A DNA stretch of 64,000 nucleotides, taken from the NCBI GenBank assembly GCA_963832745.1, contig CAWHVC010000001.1, positions 192,001-256,000 on the forward strand. Reading direction: 5' to 3'. Position numbers and translations under genes: made by a program. The notes under the pieces are model-generated. The model saw nothing but the letters and a program-made list of their open reading frames with translations, was not told the origin of the DNA and did no database searches. This document shows positions 56,354 to 64,000 of this stretch, in pieces. Within the stretch, counting starts at the first letter, position 1; every line of letters begins with the position of its first letter. This stretch comes from Candidatus Bathyarchaeota archaeon. Lineage in GTDB: Archaea > Thermoproteota > Bathyarchaeia > Bathyarchaeales > Bathycorpusculaceae.

Positions 56354-57643
56354 ATGTCAGAAAAATACGGTGAAATGTACAAAACCCTTGACATGAACAT
56401 AGAAAAACACGACCAACTCCTAAACATATTAGGCCAATACTACACTGCAGTTTATTTAAACCAAAAAAACAGACCTAAAAAAATGGATTATTTTGATTTC
56501 GTAGTCTCAGAAGTTCATGGGCTGCGAATCAAAGAATTAAACGATCTGCGAGCTCAAGGCAAAAAAGTGGTTGGAGCATTCTGCGTTTACGCGCCAGAAG
56601 AAATCGCCTACGCAGCCGACGCAAGCATGGTTGGCCTCTGTGGAGGCGCAGACTTTTCGGTTCCAGACGCGGAAACGGTAATCCCCCGAAACCTGTGCCC
56701 ACTAATCAAATCTTTCTACGGTTTCAGGCTAAACGGAACCTGTCCATATTTCCAATCAAGCGACCTCGTAGTCGGCGAAACCACTTGCGATGGCAAAAAG
56801 AAAGTCTATGAACTCTTAAACGACCTTATCCCAACATACGTAATTGAAATTCCACATAAACCGGATACCCAACGTGGTAAAGAGTTTTGGCTAAAAGAGG
56901 TTGAAGATTTCAAAACAGAAATAGAAAAATTAACAGGCAACAAAATTACAGAAGAAAAACTAAAAGCGGCAATCGAACTTATCAACAATAAACGTAAAGC
57001 TTTGCAGCGCTTGAACAGTTTACGCCAAAAAAAGCCAGCTCCAATCAGTGGATTAGATGCGCTCTTGATTAGTCAAATTAGCTTTAACGATGATCCTGTT
57101 CGTTTCACTGCAAAAGTCAATGAATTATGTGATGAGCTTGAAGAACGTGTCCGTAACAGTGTCGGTGTGGAATCTCCAGATGCGCCTCGTTTGATGGTTT
57201 CTGGTTGTCCCATGGCTATTCCTAACTGGAAGCTTCATAGCATCATCCAAGATTTAGGTGCTTCAGTTGTTGTTGAGGAAAGCTGTGTTGGCACACGGTA
57301 CTTTACTGATTTGGTTGAACCGAAAAGCGACAAGATGGAAGACCTGCTTTGGGCTATCGTTGAGAAATATAGTAAAATTCCCTGCGCATGCTTTACACCA
57401 AATGACAAAAGAATCGAAAATGTCAAGCAACTTGCCAAGGACCATGGAGTTGACGGCGTAATCTATTATACACTGCAGAACTGTCATGACTACAACGTGG
57501 AAGCAGTTAAAGTTGAACGCGCCTTAAAAGCAACAGATTTGCCTATGCTGAAAATTGAAACCGATTACACAATGGGTGATTCTGAACAAATAAAAACACG
57601 CGTTGAAGCTTTCCTTGAAATAATTCAAGGCAAAAAACAATAA
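56354..57643 (+). CDS. Double-cubane-cluster protein / 2-hydroxyacyl-CoA dehydratase D-like reductase
   Basis: FCVYAPEE, LCGG, NLCPLIKS, CPYF, ETTCDGKKK, GCP, ESCVG, CACFTPN, ETDY. Confidence 0.88.
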   Translation: MSEKYGEMYKTLDMNIEKHDQLLNILGQYYTAVYLNQKNRPKKMDYFDFVVSEVHGLRIKELNDLRAQGKKVVGAFCVYAPEEIAYAADASMVGLCGGADFSVPDAETVIPRNLCPLIKSFYGFRLNGTCPYFQSSDLVVGETTCDGKKKVYELLNDLIPTYVIEIPHKPDTQRGKEFWLKEVEDFKTEIEKLTGNKITEEKLKAAIELINNKRKALQRLNSLRQKKPAPISGLDALLISQISFNDDPVRFTAKVNELCDELEERVRNSVGVESPDAPRLMVSGCPMAIPNWKLHSIIQDLGASVVVEESCVGTRYFTDLVEPKSDKMEDLLWAIVEKYSKIPCACFTPNDKRIENVKQLAKDHGVDGVIYYTLQNCHDYNVEAVKVERALKATDLPMLKIETDYTMGDSEQIKTRVEAFLEIIQGKKQ

Positions 57644-57704
57644 ACCCTTTTTGGGTTTAAACTTTATACCAATTAAGAACCTTAACATTTTGGAGGAAAA
57701 AAGT

Positions 57705-58730
57705 TTGAGTTACAGGTTAACCAAAGTTGTACCCATTCATGGATGCAGTTGCAAGCTCCCCCAGTACCAGCTTGGCGGATTGCTGGAAAAGGCAGGCTTA
57801 TCCGGAGGATACGGCGAAGACGTTTTGGCAGGCGCATGGGAAAACAGCAGCGTAGTAAAAATCACCGATAAGCTCGCAGTTTTAAATACGCTTGATTTTT
57901 TCACGCCCATGGTTGATGAACCAGAAATTCAAGGTAGAATCGCTGGAAGCAACGTTACAAGCGACATTTACACTTTAGGCGTAACTAACATTGCAAGTTT
58001 ACTTACCATAATGGCTTATCCTGAAAACATGCCCGATGAATTGGCTGTTGGAATGCTCAAAGGTTTAGGAGATTTTTGTCGCGAAATGGATATTCCGCTT
58101 GTTGGTGGACATACTATACGCAACCCTTGGCCAATTATCGGCGGCGCGGCAACGGGTATTGGTGAAGTTGGTAAAATCGTTTATACTCGCGGAGCGCAAG
58201 TGGGTGACCGACTGTTTTTGACTAAACCTTTGGGAATTGCACCTGCAATGGCTGCTTACCGTCTACGCAAGGAGGAAGAGGGTAAAGAATTGCTTGTTGA
58301 CGTCCCAGCGGACCTTGTTGAGGAAGCCGTTAACAAGGCAATTGAGGGCATGATTACTTCTAACAAGCCTGTAGCAGAAGTAATGCAGAAAGTACCAGTC
58401 CATGCAGCCACCGATATCACCGGTTTTGGGCTAAAAGGACACTCAGCAAACATGGCAATGCTGGGAAAAGTCGACATAATAATCAACAACCTCTATGTAA
58501 TTCCTGGTACGCCTATGTTGTCAGAACTTTTCGGTTATCCTTTGTTAACTGGTGAAGCTAAAGAAACTGCAGGCGGCATTTTGATGGCAGTTGCGGATGA
58601 AGATGCCGATGCCTTGCAAAGCGAGCTTGAAGGGTGTAAAGTGCGGTTCTGTGAGGTCGGTTATGTGGCGGCTGGCGAAGGCGTTGTTCATATTCAGAAA
58701 GACGCGAGAGTAACTGAAGCTAAAGCTTAA
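57705..58730 (+). CDS. selD: Selenophosphate synthetase (Cys form)
   Basis: RLTK....GCSCK, DFFTP, SDIY, GGHT, LTKPLG, TDITGFGL.GH; GGAGG upstream of TTG 57705. Confidence 0.93.
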   Translation: MSYRLTKVVPIHGCSCKLPQYQLGGLLEKAGLSGGYGEDVLAGAWENSSVVKITDKLAVLNTLDFFTPMVDEPEIQGRIAGSNVTSDIYTLGVTNIASLLTIMAYPENMPDELAVGMLKGLGDFCREMDIPLVGGHTIRNPWPIIGGAATGIGEVGKIVYTRGAQVGDRLFLTKPLGIAPAMAAYRLRKEEEGKELLVDVPADLVEEAVNKAIEGMITSNKPVAEVMQKVPVHAATDITGFGLKGHSANMAMLGKVDIIINNLYVIPGTPMLSELFGYPLLTGEAKETAGGILMAVADEDADALQSELEGCKVRFCEVGYVAAGEGVVHIQKDARVTEAKA

Positions 58731-58789
58731 CTGGAGCCTTTCAAACAACCTTTTTTTAACTTGCTAATTGGGTGAAAAAGCGCCATTAG

Positions 58790-58836
58790 GACCTACCCCT
58801 CTTAGGTTTCTGCATACAACCTCTAATAGGCTCCAA
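58790..58836 (+). repeat. Dispersed repeat R2, copy C
   Basis: 38/47 identity to copy A; similarity to copy B extends upstream to about 58768 (TGAAAAAG..CATTA). Confidence 0.85.
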
Positions 58837-58970
58837 TTTTGCGGCTATTTGTGATTTTGTTTTTCTATCGGTGGAGATTTTTGCGCTTGTATCATTTGGT
58901 ACTAAATTGTACAATATTGCATCAGATTTGTCGCAATCTATAAACACTAGTTTTTTCTTTAAACTTATTT

Positions 58971-59219
58971 GCAGGCTTGGGAGCAAGCTTTAGATGCAAT
59001 GCAGTGAGGCACAGAAGCGTGCTGATTAAAATCAGCGAAAAATCAGTGCGCGATTGAGACTTTGCCTCTTTGGGCTGAAATCGTTGCAGAATGTTGAATG
59101 CATCTAAGCCGTGAAGCGACAGATAAAGAAACGGCGATTAGAAGTCTGTTGCGTCGTCGAAGACACTGTTTAGGTGAGCCGTCTATCAACAATAAGGCTC
59201 AGACTAAGCCTGCTCACAA
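58971..59219 (+). ncRNA. Candidate novel structured ncRNA with H-type pseudoknot
   Basis: TTTAAA at 58958-63; closing stem, nested helices and pseudoknot (see findings); G-U pairs favour the + strand. Confidence 0.65.
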
Positions 59220-59501
59220 TTAGGAAGTGGATCAAAGAATTCAACCAAAAAGAGGTTTGAAGATTTTTGATATTCCACTTTTTTCTAATTTTATCAAAAT
59301 TTTGGAAATCGCAAGTTTTTTTAATCCACTTAGCCCTAACTTTTACTTAGGCCTTAAAAGAAATGAAAATTCCAAGTTCATATCTTTCCTTTGTTTTTCT
59401 TTGTTGGTATTAGCATTCTTTTTTGTTTTGCCTGTTCACGCATCTGTTTCTTGGAGAGTCATAATCGCTACTGTAATATCATTAGCTTTAGTTTGGAGAC
59501 A

Positions 59502-60056
59502 CTATCGCCCATTAACGAAACCAAAAAGTGATAACTCATCAGCAGTTATGCCTGCACGTTGAAGTTTAACAAGACAAGCTTGATACTGCTCTTCAGTAAA
59601 TTTTGTTGCCTTTATGGGTTGATTTGTGAAGTGGCTTGTTTCTTTGGCTGCTCTGCCTCTTCTTAGGGCGATGCGTTGCTTTTTGAACCTGTCCAATGCT
59701 TTGCAGTCTTCAGACAGCATCCCAAACGGGGTGTTAGGGAACTGCCTGCAGCCGCTAGGCCTAATCTCATAAATTGAGCATACATTACCTACTTGAAAAG
59801 GACACTTGTTATGCGTAACATGCCAATCGTATTCGTCTTCGCCAGCTTCAAAAATTTTGCCTAATTCTTCCTTAAGTGCCTCAAATTTTGCGTAAGCTTC
59901 AGGATTTTCTTTGGGGTTGCCATGAATTTCTCCTGCGTTAAGGAAATCGTCAAGGGTGCAACAGACGCCACATTTGTCACAGAGGAATGGCAAATTGATG
60001 GACCAGTCGCCGTCTTTGTTTTTAAATTCCAAGTGAATGTAGCATGTTTCAACCAT
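59502..60056 (-). CDS. YkgJ family CxxCxxCC cysteine-cluster protein
   Basis: CDKCGVCC...CPF....CSIYEIRPSGCRQFP. Confidence 0.88.
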   Translation of the reverse strand: MVETCYIHLEFKNKDGDWSINLPFLCDKCGVCCTLDDFLNAGEIHGNPKENPEAYAKFEALKEELGKIFEAGEDEYDWHVTHNKCPFQVGNVCSIYEIRPSGCRQFPNTPFGMLSEDCKALDRFKKQRIALRRGRAAKETSHFTNQPIKATKFTEEQYQACLVKLQRAGITADELSLFGFVNGR

Positions 60057-60141
60057 TTTCTGTCAAGATGGGTATTGTCATGTTTGTTGTCTTTAAGTTT
60101 TCGCTTAAAAAATAAAAGCTTCCCCGCTTTTAACTTGGAGT

Positions 60142-60675
60142 ATGTCACGGTATGTTGCTTTTTTGAGAGGAATCAACGTCGGCGGACGCAGTGTAGGCAA
60201 ACAGACGCTTAAGGACGCCTTTGAAGAGTTAGGTTTTGGCGAGGTTTCCACGTTTAAGCAAAGCGGCAACGTAATCTTTCAAGCCCCCGAAACAGACATC
60301 CAAGCGCTGACAGGCAAAATTGAAGAAGAGCTACACGCCAAATTGGGTTACGCTGTAACCGTTTTTGTCCGCACAATGGAGCAACTAAAAAGTATTATCA
60401 ACCTTGACGCCTTCACGAATCAGCCAACAGAGGGCACAAGCTTTCTTGTAACCTTACTTCCAAAAACCCAAAATGAATTGCCCTTCCAGTTGCCAGTCAC
60501 AATTCCAAAATCTGCAGCCCAAATAATCGCGGCATTAGGCAGTGAAGTTTTCAGTGTAACTCATGGCGGCGGAGAGGGCGCTTTACCTAACCCATTTATT
60601 GAATCCACACTTAAAGTCAAAGCAACCAGCCGCAATCTGAACGTGATTCGTGACATTGTTGAAAAGTACGGTTAA
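60142..60675 (+). CDS. DUF1697 family protein
   Basis: YVAFLRGINVGG, QSGNVIF, T.RN.N. Confidence 0.9.
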   Translation: MSRYVAFLRGINVGGRSVGKQTLKDAFEELGFGEVSTFKQSGNVIFQAPETDIQALTGKIEEELHAKLGYAVTVFVRTMEQLKSIINLDAFTNQPTEGTSFLVTLLPKTQNELPFQLPVTIPKSAAQIIAALGSEVFSVTHGGGEGALPNPFIESTLKVKATSRNLNVIRDIVEKYG

Positions 60676-60756
60676 TTCTTGATTTCTTCTGATTGGTTAT
60701 TTTTATTAGATTGTTTTTCTTTCTAGATATTTAGCGAATTTTTAAGAGGTGTTTTT

Positions 60757-60924
60757 TTGGCAAGTAAAAAAGGCGATAAATTTGAGTGTGACGAATGTGG
60801 GTTAGTTGTTTTGGTTGAAGACCCTTGCGGTTGCGAACCTTGTGAAATAGTTTGCTGCGGCGAACCAATGAAGCCTATTTCAGAGGAAAAGCAAAGTCAA
60901 AACAAGCAGAAAACCAGCAAGTAA
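60757..60924 (+). CDS. Desulforedoxin-like small metal-binding protein
   Basis: Not in ORF track: MASKKGDKFECDECGLVVLVEDPCGCEPCEIVCCGEPMKP...; GAGGTG upstream of TTG. Confidence 0.75.
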   Translation: MASKKGDKFECDECGLVVLVEDPCGCEPCEIVCCGEPMKPISEEKQSQNKQKTSK

Positions 60925-61014
60925 CCTAAAAACATTATTCACCCTTTTTTTGTTAGACCCCTTTTTTGTTTTATTTTACGAATCATAAAAACAAGTGCTT
61001 AAACTAAAAGCAGT

Positions 61015-61323
61015 TTAACGCTTATTACCCGACGACTCGGCAGTTTGCTCTTTGCCTTTTAAGCCTTCAACCACACTCTTAATTGACTTCCGCTCTGATT
61101 GCCTTTCATAATCAGGTCGCTTAACCTTAGGCGAAACAGATTCATTACTCAAAACATCAGGCGGTACCAAACGGCGCTCACCCGCATTAATTGAAACACG
61201 TTCACCATCAACATAATCAACAAAATCTTCAAGCGCCTCAACAAGCCAGTAACCTTCACTTTCAGTAATAACCTTAACCTTACTAGCGCCTTTGTAAAAA
61301 AAGATTTTACCACTCAAAAACAA
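61015..61323 (-). CDS. Hypothetical protein
   Basis: 102-aa ORF with GGGG SD-like upstream sequence and plausible composition. Confidence 0.6.
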   Translation of the reverse strand: MFLSGKIFFYKGASKVKVITESEGYWLVEALEDFVDYVDGERVSINAGERRLVPPDVLSNESVSPKVKRPDYERQSERKSIKSVVEGLKGKEQTAESSGNKR

Positions 61324-61485
61324 TCACAACCCCTTCATTATTATTTGGAAGGAAGAAAAATATAAACCTCATTTTATTAAACAAATGCTAAAACAGTTGC
61401 AACTAGCTCAAGCGGTAACAAGATTTATACACATACTTGTTTTAATCTGTTGACCAGAACGCATAGTTCGATTAGGTAATACGTA

Positions 61486-62970
61486 ATGCCTGCAAAGTTA
61501 GACCTTAATCATCTTTACGAAAGGTGCATGTCTGGAAACTCCAAGGATATGATTACTGCTCGAACAGTGTACAATTACTGCATCTCGCCTTTCATGGTGT
61601 ATTGTGATAAGTTCGGTCCAGAAGAAAAGAAAGACCCGCTTGATGAGTATGATAAACTATTATTTGAGCAAGGAAGAACTCATGAAAATGAAATAATTGC
61701 AGTTACCTACCCCGGATTGAAAAAAGTTCAATACGACAGTTTAGACGAAGGGTTCAAGCTTTTACTTTTTGAAATGCACAAAGGCGCATCTGTAATATGT
61801 GGCTTACCCGCATTTTATAAGCCCCAAGGAATTAGTGGCATCTTTGACATTTTAGAAAAAAGACTTGGCCAAAAATCCATATTCGGCAACTTCTTTTACG
61901 TTATAAAAGAAATTAAGTTGTCTCGAAACATACAAGGTCACCATGTATTTCAGGCGGCCTTTTACAATTATCTGCTTGGAAAAATTCAAGGATACACACC
62001 TGAAACGTTTTACCTAATAAATCGAGATAACAAAGAAATAGAACACACGTATCAAGAAACCGAGTTAATCAAAAAAATAAGCGACATCAAAGAAATATTA
62101 AAAGGCAAAAAAGTCAAACCGACCTACGGCGCTTGTTGTTGGCCTTGGGAAACCTACAACAACGAAGAGGCAATAAAAAGCAGGGACATATCGCTCGTAA
62201 GTGGAGTAGGTCCATCTTTCAAACAGAAGTTCATAGAAAATAACTTTTTAACTGTTGAAGACCTTGCCAAAGCATCATTGGCCGATTTAACTTCAATTAA
62301 AGGTATAGCAGATAAAACAGCCCGCAAGTTTCTAAATAATGCAAAAGCCCTTGCAGGAGGAAAGCATGCTTGTCTTGGGGCTTGTGTTTTTCCCAACAAG
62401 AATATCGAAATTTTCTTAGATTTGGAAGGCACGGGGGAGCAAATTCAGGAAGAAGAGTTAGTCGCAATTGATTACTTGATTGGCATAATAGTCAGGTCAA
62501 AAGAAAAAACAGAATACATTCCATTTGTGGCACATAGCCTAAAAGATGAAAAAACGATGTTTCAGAGATTTTTGAAATGGGTTCTTTCTCAAAATGACTA
62601 TGTTATTTATCATTGGCATAACTATGAAAAAACGCATATTCAACGATTAATTGACCGATATAATTTCGCAAAAGAAGCAGAACCAATACTTGCAAACATG
62701 CGCGACCTCTATAAAGACGCTACCGCAAACTTTGCGTTCCCCACTTATGGAAATGGGCTTAAACAAATTGCAGCTTACATTGGTTACAAATGGAAACATG
62801 CCGACGTAAACGCCATGGAATCAATCGCATTATACTTCCAATACATTCAAGACCAAACAAAAAACAAGGAAAAATTAGCGAAAGTTATTGATTACAACCA
62901 AGACGATTGCACCGCAACAATGCTGATAAAAGACTGGTTGGAGCAGGAATCAAAAAACATTAAAGAATAA
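61486..62970 (+). CDS. TM0106-family RecB-like nuclease with C-terminal RNase H-like domain
   Basis: G..HE, G..D...EIK, Q..FY; HhH motifs; DLEG, YHW..YE, GLK, YNQDDC. Confidence 0.88.
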   Translation: MPAKLDLNHLYERCMSGNSKDMITARTVYNYCISPFMVYCDKFGPEEKKDPLDEYDKLLFEQGRTHENEIIAVTYPGLKKVQYDSLDEGFKLLLFEMHKGASVICGLPAFYKPQGISGIFDILEKRLGQKSIFGNFFYVIKEIKLSRNIQGHHVFQAAFYNYLLGKIQGYTPETFYLINRDNKEIEHTYQETELIKKISDIKEILKGKKVKPTYGACCWPWETYNNEEAIKSRDISLVSGVGPSFKQKFIENNFLTVEDLAKASLADLTSIKGIADKTARKFLNNAKALAGGKHACLGACVFPNKNIEIFLDLEGTGEQIQEEELVAIDYLIGIIVRSKEKTEYIPFVAHSLKDEKTMFQRFLKWVLSQNDYVIYHWHNYEKTHIQRLIDRYNFAKEAEPILANMRDLYKDATANFAFPTYGNGLKQIAAYIGYKWKHADVNAMESIALYFQYIQDQTKNKEKLAKVIDYNQDDCTATMLIKDWLEQESKNIKE

Positions 62971-62974
62971 TCTG

Positions 62975-64000
62975 TCAAACGTTTTCTTCAGTTTTTCTAA
63001 TAGTGTTTGCTATCGCCAAAATGATTGAAGGCATAGTAAAAACGCTGAAAACACGCGTATACTTGGCGGATTCTGCTTTTTTGACGTTTTTAAGTTCGCC
63101 GCCGCCTTTAAGGTAGCCTTTGATGAAGGCTTCCGTGATAGCTTCTGCAGCTACGGTTTCACTGCTTTGAAGAGGCTGCAGATAATGCCCCGAGTAGTAT
63201 AGAAACTCAGCGATATCCCACGCTTTATCGCCGTCCTGTGTTGCTTGCTCAAAATCAAGCAGATAAACTGTGCCATCCTTCCCAACCATAACGTTTTCAG
63301 GTTTTGTATCGCCAAGAGTCATGCCGTGAGAGTGTACTTTAGCAAATAATTCGCCTGCAACCTCAATGTTAACAAGTTCCACGCTGTTTTTTGCGTTTTC
63401 AGGGTCCAAACCCAACCGTTTTATTGAATGGCTCAAATCTTCGCCTTCAATAAAATCCATAAAGACCAAACGTTCTGGATTGCTTACATATAAAATTTTA
63501 GGCACATTAAAGCCTCGTAGACGCAGAAACTCGCTGGTTGCGCATTCTTTGGCTAAGCGGGCTTTTCCTGAAACCGCAAAAGCTCTGGCGCCAAAAGACC
63601 ATAAAGTCAACGGGAACCATTTAAAGCCTGACCATTCTTTGAACCGTTTAACCAGCACTTTGCGTTCTACACCGTTTACTTGGGCTTTTATGAGGTAAAT
63701 GTCGTTTAGTACTCCACCGATTGCTTCAAAAGTTACGCTTTCAGGTTTTTCAAACATTTTTTGGGCAAACCCAGAAATATTTACTTTGTCTGAAAGTGAA
63801 ATTAGCCGGTCGGATGTGGGTACGAACACATATTTTTGTGGGTCAATTGTGTAACAGTTTGGGTTGATGTCTGTTTGCAGAAGGTGTAAATCGATTTTTT
63901 GGGTTTTAATGAACGCTTGAGTGTTTTGTGCAACAATATTTAGTAATTGTGGAAAAACGCCAAAGAAAGATGAGAATAAAGTACGGGGCGCATTTTTTGA
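62975..64000 (-). CDS. Protein-kinase-like (Kdo/RIO/Bud32-like) domain protein, partial
   Basis: LGDTKPEN, LLDFEQ, WDIAEF; frame stays open to the window end. Confidence 0.8.
   Translation of the reverse strand, partial: SKNAPRTLFSSFFGVFPQLLNIVAQNTQAFIKTQKIDLHLLQTDINPNCYTIDPQKYVFVPTSDRLISLSDKVNISGFAQKMFEKPESVTFEAIGGVLNDIYLIKAQVNGVERKVLVKRFKEWSGFKWFPLTLWSFGARAFAVSGKARLAKECATSEFLRLRGFNVPKILYVSNPERLVFMDFIEGEDLSHSIKRLGLDPENAKNSVELVNIEVAGELFAKVHSHGMTLGDTKPENVMVGKDGTVYLLDFEQATQDGDKAWDIAEFLYYSGHYLQPLQSSETVAAEAITEAFIKGYLKGGGELKNVKKAESAKYTRVFSVFTMPSIILAIANTIRKTEENV

Noticed and set aside
55622-58730. Selenoproteins by UGA read-through in the selD cluster
   Set aside because: Active-site positions are Cys codons (GCSCK, CPMP, CVVC) and the ORFs are full length
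58971-59219. RNase P RNA, SRP RNA or cobalamin riboswitch
   Set aside because: Lacks the GAGGAAAGUCC core, the SRP helix 8 motif and B12-box sequences
59227-59562. 111-aa ORF downstream of the candidate ncRNA
   Set aside because: AT-rich, overlaps the 3' end of the YkgJ gene and has no recognisable motif; cannot be supported, although a riboswitch-controlled membrane protein is not excluded
50-63698. Numerous 60-130 aa antisense or nested ORFs in the track
   Set aside because: They lie opposite or within well-supported genes and show no family motifs

Overview
Archaeal chromosomal window, about 40% GC by eye. Gene content (aIF-2beta, aIF-1A-RIO1-Pno1, Tsr3, RNase HII, a Cren7-like protein, a PQQ-like beta-propeller surface protein) suggests Bathyarchaeia; this is an inference. 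Most of it is housekeeping and metabolic genes. Main discoveries: (1) a 4,900-bp integrative element (tyrosine integrase plus rolling-circle HUH Rep) is inserted into a box C/D guide sRNA rather than a tRNA. The sRNA's D' guide predicts the 23S P-loop methylation Gm2251, and the reconstructed attP folds into a long hairpin. (2) An unannotated ~245-nt, highly structured, pseudoknot-containing candidate ncRNA lies downstream of a LysR/DsrE/TusA/double-cubane-reductase/SelD cluster. (3) There are two dispersed non-coding repeat families: a 24-bp motif in 5 copies next to a wHTH-ParA/MinD pair, and a 58-bp motif in 3 copies with an ORB-like half site. (4) A second candidate C/D sRNA is complementary to the tRNA-Leu(CAA) anticodon arm. 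No CRISPR array, tRNA or rRNA was seen. All calls are by eye, with no database searches.
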